Below, one piece after another: positions 25,038-34,293 of a stretch of 37,146 nt of DNA. A model generated the notes under the pieces. It ran no database searches. It was not told where the DNA came from and saw only the letters and a program-made list of their open reading frames with translations. This stretch comes from an uncultured Desulfobacteraceae bacterium (GTDB taxonomy: Bacteria; Desulfobacterota; DSM-4660; Desulfatiglandales; B25-G16): the NCBI GenBank assembly GCA_964393665.1, contig CAYMVB010000311.1:1-37146 (forward strand), in the 5' to 3' direction. Numbering within the stretch: position 1 is the first letter of the stretch; every line of letters starts with the position of its first letter. A program made the translations under genes and the position numbers.

Positions 25038-25784
25038 CTATAATTTCCCAACTTCGTCTTTAATAACCTTCAAAGGAAAGTTTTTTATAATTGTAGAATC
25101 GATAAATTCATTTGCCTTAAGTGGCGACATCTTCCAGTTCGTAGGACATGGTGACAGAATCTCAACAAGAGAAAACCCCAGCCCTTCCATCTGCGTCTTA
25201 AATGCCTTTTTAATAGCCTTTTTAGTCTGCATAATACGCTTGGGAGAGTGCACAGATGTTCTTTCAATATAAACACTTCCATGCGCAATGGCCAGCATTT
25301 CACTCAAATCAATGGGAAAGCCGTCCCTCTCTAATCTTCTACCCCCGGGGGTTGTTGTTGAATCCTGACCTACTAACGTTGTTGGCGCCATTTGTCCGCC
25401 AGTCATACCATAAACACCATTATTGACAAAAATGGTAGTAATGAGCTCTCCCCTGTTTGCTGCATGTATGGTCTCAGCTGTCCCTATAGCTGCAATATCG
25501 CCGTCTCCCTGATAGCTGAAAACGATTCTATCCGGCAATGACCTTTTTATCCCTGTAGCAACGGCAGCGCCTCTGCCATGAGGAGCCTCTCCCATGTCTA
25601 CATCAAAATAATTATAGGCAAGCACAGCGCAACCGGCTGGAGGAACACCAATAACCTTTTCCTGTATCCCCAATTCATCAATAACCTCGGCAATTAACCT
25701 GTGTATAATACTATGACCACAACCAGGGCAATAATGAAACTCTGCCGCTTTCATGCTCTTTGGCCTGCCAAAAATCTTTTTCAT
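25038..25784 (-). CDS. 2-oxoacid:ferredoxin oxidoreductase, beta (TPP-binding) subunit (set 2)
   Basis: 248 aa. YCPGCGHS, GDGD, NNGVYGMTGGQ. The ATG directly follows the TAA of the alpha gene. Confidence 0.92.
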   Translation of the reverse strand: MKKIFGRPKSMKAAEFHYCPGCGHSIIHRLIAEVIDELGIQEKVIGVPPAGCAVLAYNYFDVDMGEAPHGRGAAVATGIKRSLPDRIVFSYQGDGDIAAIGTAETIHAANRGELITTIFVNNGVYGMTGGQMAPTTLVGQDSTTTPGGRRLERDGFPIDLSEMLAIAHGSVYIERTSVHSPKRIMQTKKAIKKAFKTQMEGLGFSLVEILSPCPTNWKMSPLKANEFIDSTIIKNFPLKVIKDEVGKL

Positions 25785-26867
25785 TTAATCCCTTCTATCA
25801 ATCTGTTCTCTATAATATATTGTAGTAATAACCTTTGCGATTTCTTCAGGCGTAGGCACTACGCCTCCAGGCCTTCCATAAAAATGAACCCTTCTTCTGC
25901 CCCCCAGTGCCAATTCAACGTCCTCTACCATCTGGCCTGTACTCATCTCAAAGACAAGAAAATCTGTTATAAAGCTGCTGGCTTCTAAAAAAAACCTTTT
26001 AGGAAATGGCCAGAGTGTCTTAGGCATTATGAGGCCTACTCTAAGGCCCATCTCCCTTACCTTTTTTACCGCCCCCTTTGCTATCCTGCTTGCCGTGCCA
26101 TAGGCGACTATTGCCATATAGGCGCCTTCTATCATAAATGTTTCAGCGTGGGTTATCTCCCTTTCAATGATCTCATGTTTTCTGCATAGCTTCCAGTTAT
26201 GCTCCTCCATTGCAGCCGTATCAAGAATAAGCGATTTAATTATTCTGCTTTCTCTCCCTTTTGCCCCGTCTAAAACCCATGATTTACGAGGCAGAGAATC
26301 TAAATCTATTGGATCTGGAAATTCAACAGGCTCCATCATCTGACCCATCATACCATCGCCTAAAATCATTACTGGCATTCTATATTTGTCAGCGTAATCA
26401 AATGCCAATCTTGTAAAATCCGCCAATTCCTGACCCGATCCAGGGGCTAAGACAATTACCCTGTAATCTCCATGGCCTCCGCCTCTTGTTGCCTGGAAGT
26501 AATCTCCCTGGGAAGGGGCGATATTACCCAGTCCAGGCCCTCCCCTCATTGTATTAACAATAACCGCAGGTAATTCTTGACCTGCTAAATAAGAAATTCC
26601 CTCTTGCTTCAGGCTTATCCCGGGGCTCGATGAAGATGTCATCACCCTTTTCCCGGTCATTGAAACACCAATAACCATATTTATAGCGGCTAACTCACTC
26701 TCAGACTGAATAAAGACACCACCTGGAACAGAGGCCAGTGCGCTGGACATATATTCTGTCAATTCATTCTGCGGTGTTATAGGGTAACCAAAATAAAATC
26801 TACAGCCTGCCCTGACTGCTGCCTCAGCGATGATATGACTCCCTCTCAGTAACTTTTTTTCACCCAC
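25785..26867 (-). CDS. 2-oxoacid:ferredoxin oxidoreductase, alpha subunit (set 2)
   Basis: 360 aa. The GTG start overlaps the end of the delta gene by 8 nt. GSHIIAEAAVRAGCRFYFGYPITPQNEL. Confidence 0.9.
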   Translation of the reverse strand: MGEKKLLRGSHIIAEAAVRAGCRFYFGYPITPQNELTEYMSSALASVPGGVFIQSESELAAINMVIGVSMTGKRVMTSSSSPGISLKQEGISYLAGQELPAVIVNTMRGGPGLGNIAPSQGDYFQATRGGGHGDYRVIVLAPGSGQELADFTRLAFDYADKYRMPVMILGDGMMGQMMEPVEFPDPIDLDSLPRKSWVLDGAKGRESRIIKSLILDTAAMEEHNWKLCRKHEIIEREITHAETFMIEGAYMAIVAYGTASRIAKGAVKKVREMGLRVGLIMPKTLWPFPKRFFLEASSFITDFLVFEMSTGQMVEDVELALGGRRRVHFYGRPGGVVPTPEEIAKVITTIYYREQIDRRD

Positions 26868-27102
26868 GATAAACCTCGATAGCTAAATCGGGACAGACTA
26901 TAGCACATAAGGCGCAACCTTTGCATGCATGCTTCTCAATACCCAGCTCCTCCTCGCTATAGTTTGCGGGATAATAACCCTTGCTGTTTAACTTGCCAGA
27001 GACAAAAATCAAATTTTCCGGACATGTTGCCTTGCACAGATAACAACCTTTACATAATTCGGTGTTTATCTTTATTGAACCTTTTGTTGATTTATCAGCC
27101 AT
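26860..27102 (-). CDS. 2-oxoacid:ferredoxin oxidoreductase, delta (2x[4Fe-4S]) subunit (set 2)
   Basis: 80 aa. CKGCYLCKATCP and CKGCALCAIVCP. Confidence 0.85.
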   Translation of the reverse strand: MADKSTKGSIKINTELCKGCYLCKATCPENLIFVSGKLNSKGYYPANYSEEELGIEKHACKGCALCAIVCPDLAIEVYRG

Positions 27103-27380
27103 AATTGAATGTGCCTATATAAAAAACCGGAGTTTCTTGGTACGGATTCCCCTGCCCTTTCGTTAAATAGTTAAATTTTTGTTTTTAATCAATTTCATTA
27201 AAAATGTCAATTAATAATTTAGCTAATAGTAATAATTAAGGCCTTTAATGCTTACGTATTCTGCAAACCCAAAGATGCGTTTCTATAAATAGATACAGGC
27301 CTTTATTTAGAAATGCTTACTGAAGGAGTGAATATTACAGGCCTGCGGAAACAACTTTTACAGTACATATAAGCATTACC

Positions 27381-27409
27381 TTGACCTAACGTATGATCTA
27401 GCCTACTAT
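27381..27409 (+). promoter_or_regulatory. Candidate sigma70 promoter (TTGACC-17 nt-TACTAT) for the 27434 gene
   Basis: -35 at 27381-27386, 17-nt spacer, -10 at 27404-27409, 24 nt before the ATG. Sequence match only. Confidence 0.4.
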
Positions 27410-27433
27410 AGATAACAAAATAGGACAATATAC

Positions 27434-28009
27434 ATGATACATCATCTTAAAAAGCCATTTGAAAAAATAACAGGTCCCTTTGTAGCCTTATTGATAAAAC
27501 GTAACGTTACAGCCACACATCTCACTTTGATTGCATTCTTTGGAACAATCGTTGCCGCTATATTCATAGCTTTTGAACAAATGAGAATAGGTTCCTGGCT
27601 GTTTTTGATCTTCTCACTTTTTGATGCCCTTGATGGTTCCCTAGCCAGAAGAAATAATACTGAAAAACCTCTTGGTGCCTTTATAGATTCTGTAATGGAC
27701 AGATTTTCTGACAGCGCCATAATGTTCTCTATAATACTTTATGGGCTTAAGGTTAGTGATAAGACCATTCTGATATTAGGCCTCCTCGCCCTTATCGCCT
27801 CACTTATAACAAGTTACATTAAGGCAAAGGCAGAAATATTTATTGAATTTGGCCCCACAGGTCTCCTGCAACGACCTGAAAGAATACTCATTATTTTCCT
27901 CATGCTGTTTTTTCACCAATATCTTACCGCCGGCTTATGGATTCTCGTTATAGGCGGATATATAACTGTCTGCCAAAGGCTATATGCTGCCTATAAAGAA
28001 ATTACTTGA
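27434..28009 (+). CDS. CDP-alcohol phosphatidyltransferase family protein
   Basis: 191 aa, polytopic membrane protein. The signature D-x2-DG-x2-AR-x8-G-x3-D-x3-D is present as FDALDGSLARRNNTEKPLGAFIDSVMDRFSD. Confidence 0.88.
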   Translation: MIHHLKKPFEKITGPFVALLIKRNVTATHLTLIAFFGTIVAAIFIAFEQMRIGSWLFLIFSLFDALDGSLARRNNTEKPLGAFIDSVMDRFSDSAIMFSIILYGLKVSDKTILILGLLALIASLITSYIKAKAEIFIEFGPTGLLQRPERILIIFLMLFFHQYLTAGLWILVIGGYITVCQRLYAAYKEIT

Positions 28010-28253
28010 CAATTTCTTGCCTAAAATTACTTAGCTATACGAAATTGCTACTAAACGCGCCATAAAGAAAAAATAGGGTCAACGTTCTACATACATGAGA
28101 GATGCGGATAATATGTATATATATCAAGTTATTAAATGATTCATAGGTCTAATCAAAAATATTACATAAAAAGAAACGCCTTAGAAAAAAATCTTGTATT
28201 TAAAAATAGCAAATGTTATAGAGGGTTAAAAATTGTTCTGGAGGAAGAAAAAT

Positions 28254-29318
28254 ATGTTAAGCAAATCCCATGAATTCATAAAAAACAGTAACATAAACAG
28301 AAGAGAATTTCTAAAAATTACAGGTATGGTTGGGGCCGGCGTTGCTACATCATCATTATTGGTACCATTAGCCGAGGCAGTAAAATTTGATAAAAATTTA
28401 TATAAAGTTTCAAGATCACTGCCAAGCATGGGAACAATGGTTTCCATAACGGTCCTTGATGGGTCAAAAGACCATGCGGAAGAGGCTATTTCTGTTGCAT
28501 TTAATGAAATAGAACGATTAGTTAAAATAATGAGCAGATTTGATACCACTACCCCCCTCTATCAATTAAACAGCGAAGGTTTTTTGAATCAATCCCCTCC
28601 TGAGCTCTCATATTTAATTAATAAATCAAAACACTATCATTCTCTTAGCAACGGGTCCTTTGATATTACAATAAAACCAGTATTGGATTTCATCACCCAA
28701 TCCTTTAAAAAAGACCAAAATGTATCAGATAGCGAAGAAAAAAAGATAAACGACCTTTTGAGCCTTGTAGATTCTAAATTAATTTATACAAGCGGGAAAC
28801 ATGTAGCGTTTAAAAAGGGCGGCGTGCAAATTACATTAGACGGGATTGCAAAAGGTTATATCGTAGACAAGGCAACTAAAAAAATATCGGATACGGGAAT
28901 TAAACATGCCCTTATAAATGCAGGGGGAGACATAAGCGCAATAGGCGGTAAAGAAGATAATAAACCCTGGAAAATAGCCATAGAAGACCCACTAAAGGGT
29001 AAAAATTACCCATCTGTGGTATCAATTAAGAATGGCTCTATTGCGACATCTGGAAATTATGAGGTGTTTTTTGATAAAAAGAAGGTGCTTCATCACATTA
29101 TAAATCCTAAAACAGGATTATCGCCCTTAATAAATGCAAGTGTATCTATACAGGCACCAACGACTATGGAGGCTGATGCGTTATCAACAGCGGTTTTTTT
29201 ACTGGATCCTAATTCAGGCATACGATTGATAAATTCTATCCCGTCTTGCAAGAGCCTTATAGTCACGAAAAATCAGATAAAAATAAAATCCAATGATTGG
29301 CAGAACTCTAAGATATAA
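28254..29318 (+). CDS. apbE: FAD:protein FMN transferase (ApbE family) with a Tat-type signal
   Basis: The ATG at 28254 is 8 nt after GGAGGA; the ORF-track TTG at 28233 is an extension. NRREFLKITGMVGAG twin-arginine signal. DGIAKGYIVDKA. The 3' end overlaps convergent hflX by 11 nt. Confidence 0.9.
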   Translation: MLSKSHEFIKNSNINRREFLKITGMVGAGVATSSLLVPLAEAVKFDKNLYKVSRSLPSMGTMVSITVLDGSKDHAEEAISVAFNEIERLVKIMSRFDTTTPLYQLNSEGFLNQSPPELSYLINKSKHYHSLSNGSFDITIKPVLDFITQSFKKDQNVSDSEEKKINDLLSLVDSKLIYTSGKHVAFKKGGVQITLDGIAKGYIVDKATKKISDTGIKHALINAGGDISAIGGKEDNKPWKIAIEDPLKGKNYPSVVSIKNGSIATSGNYEVFFDKKKVLHHIINPKTGLSPLINASVSIQAPTTMEADALSTAVFLLDPNSGIRLINSIPSCKSLIVTKNQIKIKSNDWQNSKI

Positions 29319-30813
29319 GCTCCTCTATACGCCTTTTTAATTCTAAAAGAGATGAGGGATGTATAGCTGAAATAGGAATACCATGTAGTTTTGAAGATAT
29401 ATTCCGGGCGTATTCACTGCTAATTTTATCACTTTTATTTAACACTAAAATTGTCTTTATTTCTGTCACATTAAGGCTGTTAAGGATTTTATTTACCGAT
29501 TCTATTTGATCTTCCAGGCCCGGATTGCTGATGTCAGCTACATGAATGAGAACATGTGCCTCATGTAACTCTTCAAGTGTAGTGGCAAAGGAGTCAAGAA
29601 TGTCCTCAGGCAAATCCATTATAAACCCCACGGTATCGGTTATTATAGCCTCTTTATTTTTTAGCTTAAGACGGCGACTTGTAGTATCAAGGGTTACAAA
29701 AGGCCTGTCCTCGGCTGTAAGATGATTACCCGTAAGGTTATTTAAAAGAGTAGATTTGCCGGCGTTTGTATAACCAACAATTGATATTATAGGTATTTCC
29801 CTATTTTTTCTCGTCTTTCTTCTCTCATTTCTATGCCCTCTAATAATTTGGAGCTCTTTATTTAACAATGCGATTCTGTCCCTTACCCTTCTTCTGTTGA
29901 TCTCTAATTTTGTCTCTCCAGGGCCTCTCCCCCCAATACCACCTGTAAGTCTTGACATGGCAGTATTTTTTCTAATCAATCTTGGCAGAAGATATCTTAA
30001 TTGGGCAAGCTCCACCTGGATTTTACTTTCCTTGGTAACAGCTCTTCTAGCAAATATATCCAGTATCAACTGGCTTCTATCAATTATCTTCATCTCCGTA
30101 TAATCTGTAAGTGACCTTACTTGAGCCGGCGTTAACTCACCGTCAAAAATCAGAAGATCAGCACCTGTTTGAAGTGTCCGTACAACAAGCTCACTTAATT
30201 TCCCCTTACCTAAAAGAAAACGGGGGTCAATCTTTAGTTTTTTTTGAATAATAGAATCCACCACTTTAAGATCACACGCCAGGGCCAATCCTGTTAATTC
30301 CTGAACTGATTTTTCTGCGTCTTCCTTTGTGGATGTCGTAATACTTACGAGCACAGCCTTTTCTTGTTTACCTATCCCAAAGCCTTCACCACTTCTCGTA
30401 AATTCTATTTCAAGCTCCTTTATGAATTTCGTAAAATCTATGTCAAGTTTTCCAATGTCAGTCAAATCTTCTAATGCCCAGGAATACCCGAATCTGTTTT
30501 GAGGGAGTATATAGGCATAATGCAAATCTCTTGGAATACCTCTGTCATCGATACTAATACTCAACATCAAATCAAGTTTCAGCAGTGCCAAATCTGTTAG
30601 GTCTTCCTGGCTTAATGGTTCCCCATGGAGATGAGTATGCACGCACCTTAAGCCCCTGAGTCTTCCTGAACCAGATCTGAACCTGGCCAAATCTGGTATG
30701 AAAATATCTTTATCACTGCCTACAATAACATATTCAACATCCCCCTTCCTGTCTATGAGAAGGGCTACCTGTTTATTGATATCAATTGAAATCTCCCCTA
30801 ATCGGCGAGCCAT
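29308..30813 (-). CDS. hflX: GTPase HflX, long form with an N-terminal extension
   Basis: GYTNAGKSTLLN (G1), DTVGF (G3), LNKSD (G4), KIQVELAQLRYLLPRL, GPGETKLE. Coordinates are given from the first ATG. The frame stays open to 30930, and translation probably starts further upstream (see findings). Confidence 0.93.
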   Translation of the reverse strand: MARRLGEISIDINKQVALLIDRKGDVEYVIVGSDKDIFIPDLARFRSGSGRLRGLRCVHTHLHGEPLSQEDLTDLALLKLDLMLSISIDDRGIPRDLHYAYILPQNRFGYSWALEDLTDIGKLDIDFTKFIKELEIEFTRSGEGFGIGKQEKAVLVSITTSTKEDAEKSVQELTGLALACDLKVVDSIIQKKLKIDPRFLLGKGKLSELVVRTLQTGADLLIFDGELTPAQVRSLTDYTEMKIIDRSQLILDIFARRAVTKESKIQVELAQLRYLLPRLIRKNTAMSRLTGGIGGRGPGETKLEINRRRVRDRIALLNKELQIIRGHRNERRKTRKNREIPIISIVGYTNAGKSTLLNNLTGNHLTAEDRPFVTLDTTSRRLKLKNKEAIITDTVGFIMDLPEDILDSFATTLEELHEAHVLIHVADISNPGLEDQIESVNKILNSLNVTEIKTILVLNKSDKISSEYARNISSKLHGIPISAIHPSSLLELKRRIEELIS

Positions 30814-31063
30814 TTCGCGGGAAATGACTTCACCCTCTTTAATCCTTCGTCTATAAATATCCTGGAGTTTTTTTAAATGGTTAGCCTTAAGGCCGCCTGT
30901 TTTTCCAAATACCTTTTCTATGGCCTTGCCTCAAAATGTTCTTTGTAGATTTGAAAGGGAGGGTTTAAATAACCATGAGGGAGAGAATTATAATCCCGTA
31001 TTAACTCTCTTTGATTCATGAAATGAATATCATATTTAAGATACAACATAAAAGAACGTAAAT

Positions 31064-32440
31064 CTAAACAGCCACGTCTAATAATTCTGGTTCTTCCTTG
31101 TAAGAATTTTGGAACTTCGTATATTGCTTTCTAAATAATAAATCTACTACACCAATGGGACCATTCCTGTGTTTTCCAATAATAATCTCTGCCTTGTCCT
31201 TATTTTCCTCTGTGGGATTATAATGTTCATCCCTGTAAATAAACACGATCAGATCAGCGTCCTGCTCGATAGCACCAGATTCCCTCAGGTCCGCTAACAT
31301 AGGTTTTTTAATGGTTCTCCCCTCGACTTGTCTGTTTAACTGAGAAAGCGCTACAACAGGTACATCCAAATCCTTTGCAAGGGCCTTCAAGGATCTAGAT
31401 ATATCTGAAATTTCCTGCTGCCGCGATTCAACAAATCGTTTGCTCTGCATTAGCTGAAGATAATCAATAACCACTAAAGATATGCCGTGCTGTTTTTTCA
31501 GCCTCCTAGCCTTGGCCTTCATCTCTAATACTGATAGTCCTGATGAATCATCTATAAAGATAGGCAATTTTGAGAGCCTGTCAGTAGATTCGATTAAACG
31601 AGTCCACTCATCATCCTGTAATGCTCCTTTTCTTAGCCTTGAAGCATCGATCATTCCATCAAGCCCCAAGAGTCGTATTCCAAGCTGCATGCTCGACATT
31701 TCCAGGGAAAAAAGAGCGGTCCCTACATTGTGATTTAGGGCAGCGTTATAAACAATATTCAATGCAAGGGCTGTCTTACCCATGCTTGGTCGACCGGCAA
31801 TAATGATAAGGTCAGATGGCTGAAGGCCAGAGGTAAGATTGTCAAAATCAACAAATCCGGTTGAGATACCAGTAATATTGCCACCCCCATGAGCCATGGA
31901 TTCCACCTTTCCAAAACTCTCTTTTACCACATCTTTTAAAGGAGAAAAGTTTTGTCCGGTATTCCTCTCTGCTATTTCATACATGGATTGTTCTGCCAGG
32001 TCTAAAATCTCCGGGGTTTCCATGGTGGGCTGAAAACAGTTGTCAGAAATGCGTGAGCACTGCTCAATTAGCTTTCTTTTCGTTGCTAAGTCTCGCACTA
32101 TTTCGGCATGATAGGTAATTCCAGCGGAGGTAGACGTGGCATCTGCCAAAGATGCTAAATAATCGCTGCCACCTATTTTATCCAGTTTTCCGTTCTCCTC
32201 TAATACATGAGAGAGGGTGATAATATCAACGGGCTCGTCCCTGTTATATAAGGTTACCATTCCTTCAAATATAGTAGAGTTCGCCTTTCTATAAAAATCT
32301 TCACTAGCAAGAAAATCCACAATCTGGTTTAATGCGTCATTATTTATTAATACCCCCCCCAGTATAACCTGTTCGGCTTCGAGGTTATGAGGCGGTAACT
32401 TATATACTGATTGTGATATAGTTTCCTTCTTACTTGCCAT
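31064..32440 (-). CDS. dnaB: Replicative DNA helicase DnaB
   Basis: 458 aa. PPHNLEAEQVILGGVL, GRPSMGKTALALN (Walker A), VIDYLQLM, ALSQLNR. Confidence 0.97.
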   Translation of the reverse strand: MASKKETISQSVYKLPPHNLEAEQVILGGVLINNDALNQIVDFLASEDFYRKANSTIFEGMVTLYNRDEPVDIITLSHVLEENGKLDKIGGSDYLASLADATSTSAGITYHAEIVRDLATKRKLIEQCSRISDNCFQPTMETPEILDLAEQSMYEIAERNTGQNFSPLKDVVKESFGKVESMAHGGGNITGISTGFVDFDNLTSGLQPSDLIIIAGRPSMGKTALALNIVYNAALNHNVGTALFSLEMSSMQLGIRLLGLDGMIDASRLRKGALQDDEWTRLIESTDRLSKLPIFIDDSSGLSVLEMKAKARRLKKQHGISLVVIDYLQLMQSKRFVESRQQEISDISRSLKALAKDLDVPVVALSQLNRQVEGRTIKKPMLADLRESGAIEQDADLIVFIYRDEHYNPTEENKDKAEIIIGKHRNGPIGVVDLLFRKQYTKFQNSYKEEPELLDVAV

Positions 32441-32449
32441 AAATAATTT

Positions 32450-32914
32450 TTACTCCGATGCCTTTTCTTGCTCCAATTTTTCCACAATTACCTTTATCTG
32501 TGCCAATACCTCGGGGTAAAGTTTAATGCTTACCTCATATTCACCAAGAGTCCTTATAGGTTCATCAATGATAACCTTCTTTCTATCAATAATGATATTC
32601 TGATTTTCAAGCTCCTGTGCAATATCTCTGCTTGTTACCGAACCATAAAGTTTTCCTTCTTCACCGGCCTTACCCTTAATAGTCAATACTACCTGCGAGA
32701 TATTCTCCTTTATTCTTTCCGCCTCCTCCTTATCTTTCATTCGTTTAGCCATAATCTTCTTTTTCCTTGCCTCCAGCATCTTTAAATTTCCATTAGTTGC
32801 TTCAACGGAAATCCCCTTGGGGACAAGATAATTTCGGGCATACCCTCTGGCTACCTCAACAATGTCTCCTTCCAGGCCAAGAGGCTCAACATCCTGCATT
32901 AAAATAACCTTCAT
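32450..32914 (-). CDS. rplI: 50S ribosomal protein L9
   Basis: The ATG at 32914 is preceded by GGGAGAG and gives MKVILMQDVEPLGLEGDIVEVARGYARNYLVPKG. The ORF-track TTG at 32932 is an extension. Confidence 0.95.
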   Translation of the reverse strand: MKVILMQDVEPLGLEGDIVEVARGYARNYLVPKGISVEATNGNLKMLEARKKKIMAKRMKDKEEAERIKENISQVVLTIKGKAGEEGKLYGSVTSRDIAQELENQNIIIDRKKVIIDEPIRTLGEYEVSIKLYPEVLAQIKVIVEKLEQEKASE

Positions 32915-33206
32915 ATTTACTCTCCCGTCCAAGTTTTTAAATATGTAACTAAAAATCGCCCTTTTTTAATTTTTATACCATTTATGTAAGCCCTATAGAA
33001 AATACCCAAATTTACAATAGTTTGAAAAATATGAAAAAATGGGTGTCTTTAGAGTAGATCTCGAAGAAAGGTGCTTTAAGAATTGCGTAGGGCACGAAAA
33101 AACATAAAGGTGGATAGGGCTGCTGAAAAATTTTTTGAAAGTCCAGACCTCTCTAACAGACAAATTTTTAAGATTATATGTTTTCTTTTAATTAACCGTT
33201 TATTAG

Positions 33207-33479
33207 CTAGTACTCTCTATATTCCCTTGTGTTTATCTTAGCAGTAGTATACGGCAACAGGGCAATGTTTCTTGCTCTTTTAATAGCCAGGCCAAGTATT
33301 CTCTGATGTTTGGCGCAGTTGCCTGAAATTCTTCTTGGGACAATTTTCCCTCTCTCAGTAATAAAAGCACCCAGGGTCTTAGGCTCTTTATAATCTATTT
33401 TAAGGTTTGGGTCAGCGCAAAATCTACAAACCTTGTGTTTAACAAAAACTCTCTTATCATAACTGTCATTAAATGCCAT
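33207..33479 (-). CDS. rpsR: 30S ribosomal protein S18
   Basis: 90 aa. [43 protein letters not shown]. The ATG shares one nt with the rpsF TAA (TAATG). Confidence 0.96.
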   Translation of the reverse strand: MAFNDSYDKRVFVKHKVCRFCADPNLKIDYKEPKTLGAFITERGKIVPRRISGNCAKHQRILGLAIKRARNIALLPYTTAKINTREYREY

Positions 33480-33895
33480 TATTCTTCCTCTGAATTCCTA
33501 TTATCCTCTAAAGATATATCTCCATTCTCTGTCGAACCCTCTGCCTCCTTTTCCTCTTTGGCAACATTTTTTTCCTTTATCTTGCTTATCAGTTCTTCTG
33601 GGTCGGAATCTTCGTCTAATTTGATATGTAAATATTTTAAAACTCTGTCATCTAGTTTAAGATTTCTCTCCAGCTCCTTTACTACAGTTGGGAGTCCACA
33701 AAAGTCTAATAAAACATAGTAGCCTTTGTCAAACTTTTTAACCTCATAGGCCAATTTTCTCTTGCCCCATTCATTAACCTCTACAACAGTTCCTTTTGAC
33801 TTGCTCACTATCTCTGAAAACTTATCAACAACTTCCTTTAGTGATTCGGCCTCAAGGTTGGGGTTTATAATATAAACCAGTTCATAATGTCTCAT
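33479..33895 (-). CDS. rpsF: 30S ribosomal protein S6 (with acidic C-terminal tail)
   Basis: 138 aa. [15 protein letters not shown]..., [22 protein letters not shown] is AAAGGAGAGG. Confidence 0.95.
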   Translation of the reverse strand: MRHYELVYIINPNLEAESLKEVVDKFSEIVSKSKGTVVEVNEWGKRKLAYEVKKFDKGYYVLLDFCGLPTVVKELERNLKLDDRVLKYLHIKLDEDSDPEELISKIKEKNVAKEEKEAEGSTENGDISLEDNRNSEEE

Positions 33896-33943
33896 CTATT
33901 CAAATACCTCTCCTTTGTCGTTCAACGCATAAATTTAAATCCT

Positions 33944-33972
33944 TATCTATATCCGTTGCCAAAGATTGTCAA
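33944..33972 (-). promoter_or_regulatory. Candidate sigma70 promoter for rpsF-rpsR (TTGACA-17 nt-TAGATA)
   Basis: Minus strand: -35 TTGACA (33972-33967) and -10 TAGATA (33949-33944), about 50 nt before the rpsF ATG. A second candidate, TTGCAT-18 nt-TATAAT, lies at 34120-34091. Confidence 0.4.
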
Positions 33973-34154
33973 CTCATTTTTTATTGACCAGGAACAAATC
34001 CACAATAAAACAATTTTTTTAAAGTTTATATTAATGGGAACACAAAAAACGAAGATATTGCATATAAAAGCGCACCTAAATCCCCTAATAATTATAGAAG
34101 CATAGATTATAACAATGCAAGGGTTGTAAAAGATTTATTCGCTCGCGCTCAGTC

Positions 34155-34190
34155 ACTTGCCCCCGCAGGCGCTTCGCCTGGAGGGCAGGT
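34155..34190. other. GC-rich compound hairpin in the htrA-rpsF spacer
   Basis: Inner stem CAGGCG(34166-34171)-CTT-CGCCTG(34175-34180). Outer stem ACTTGCCC(34155-34162)/GGGCAGGT(34183-34190) with one G-U pair. No adjacent U-tract on either strand. Confidence 0.5.
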
Positions 34191-34293
34191 AACTCAAGAA
34201 ACGTGTTTAAAATCTGACCTCACAAAGTTAGCCTCTCAACTTCCATAGGTACGAAAAGCTCTCACTCTTAAGAACTCACTGCTAAATTGTAAT

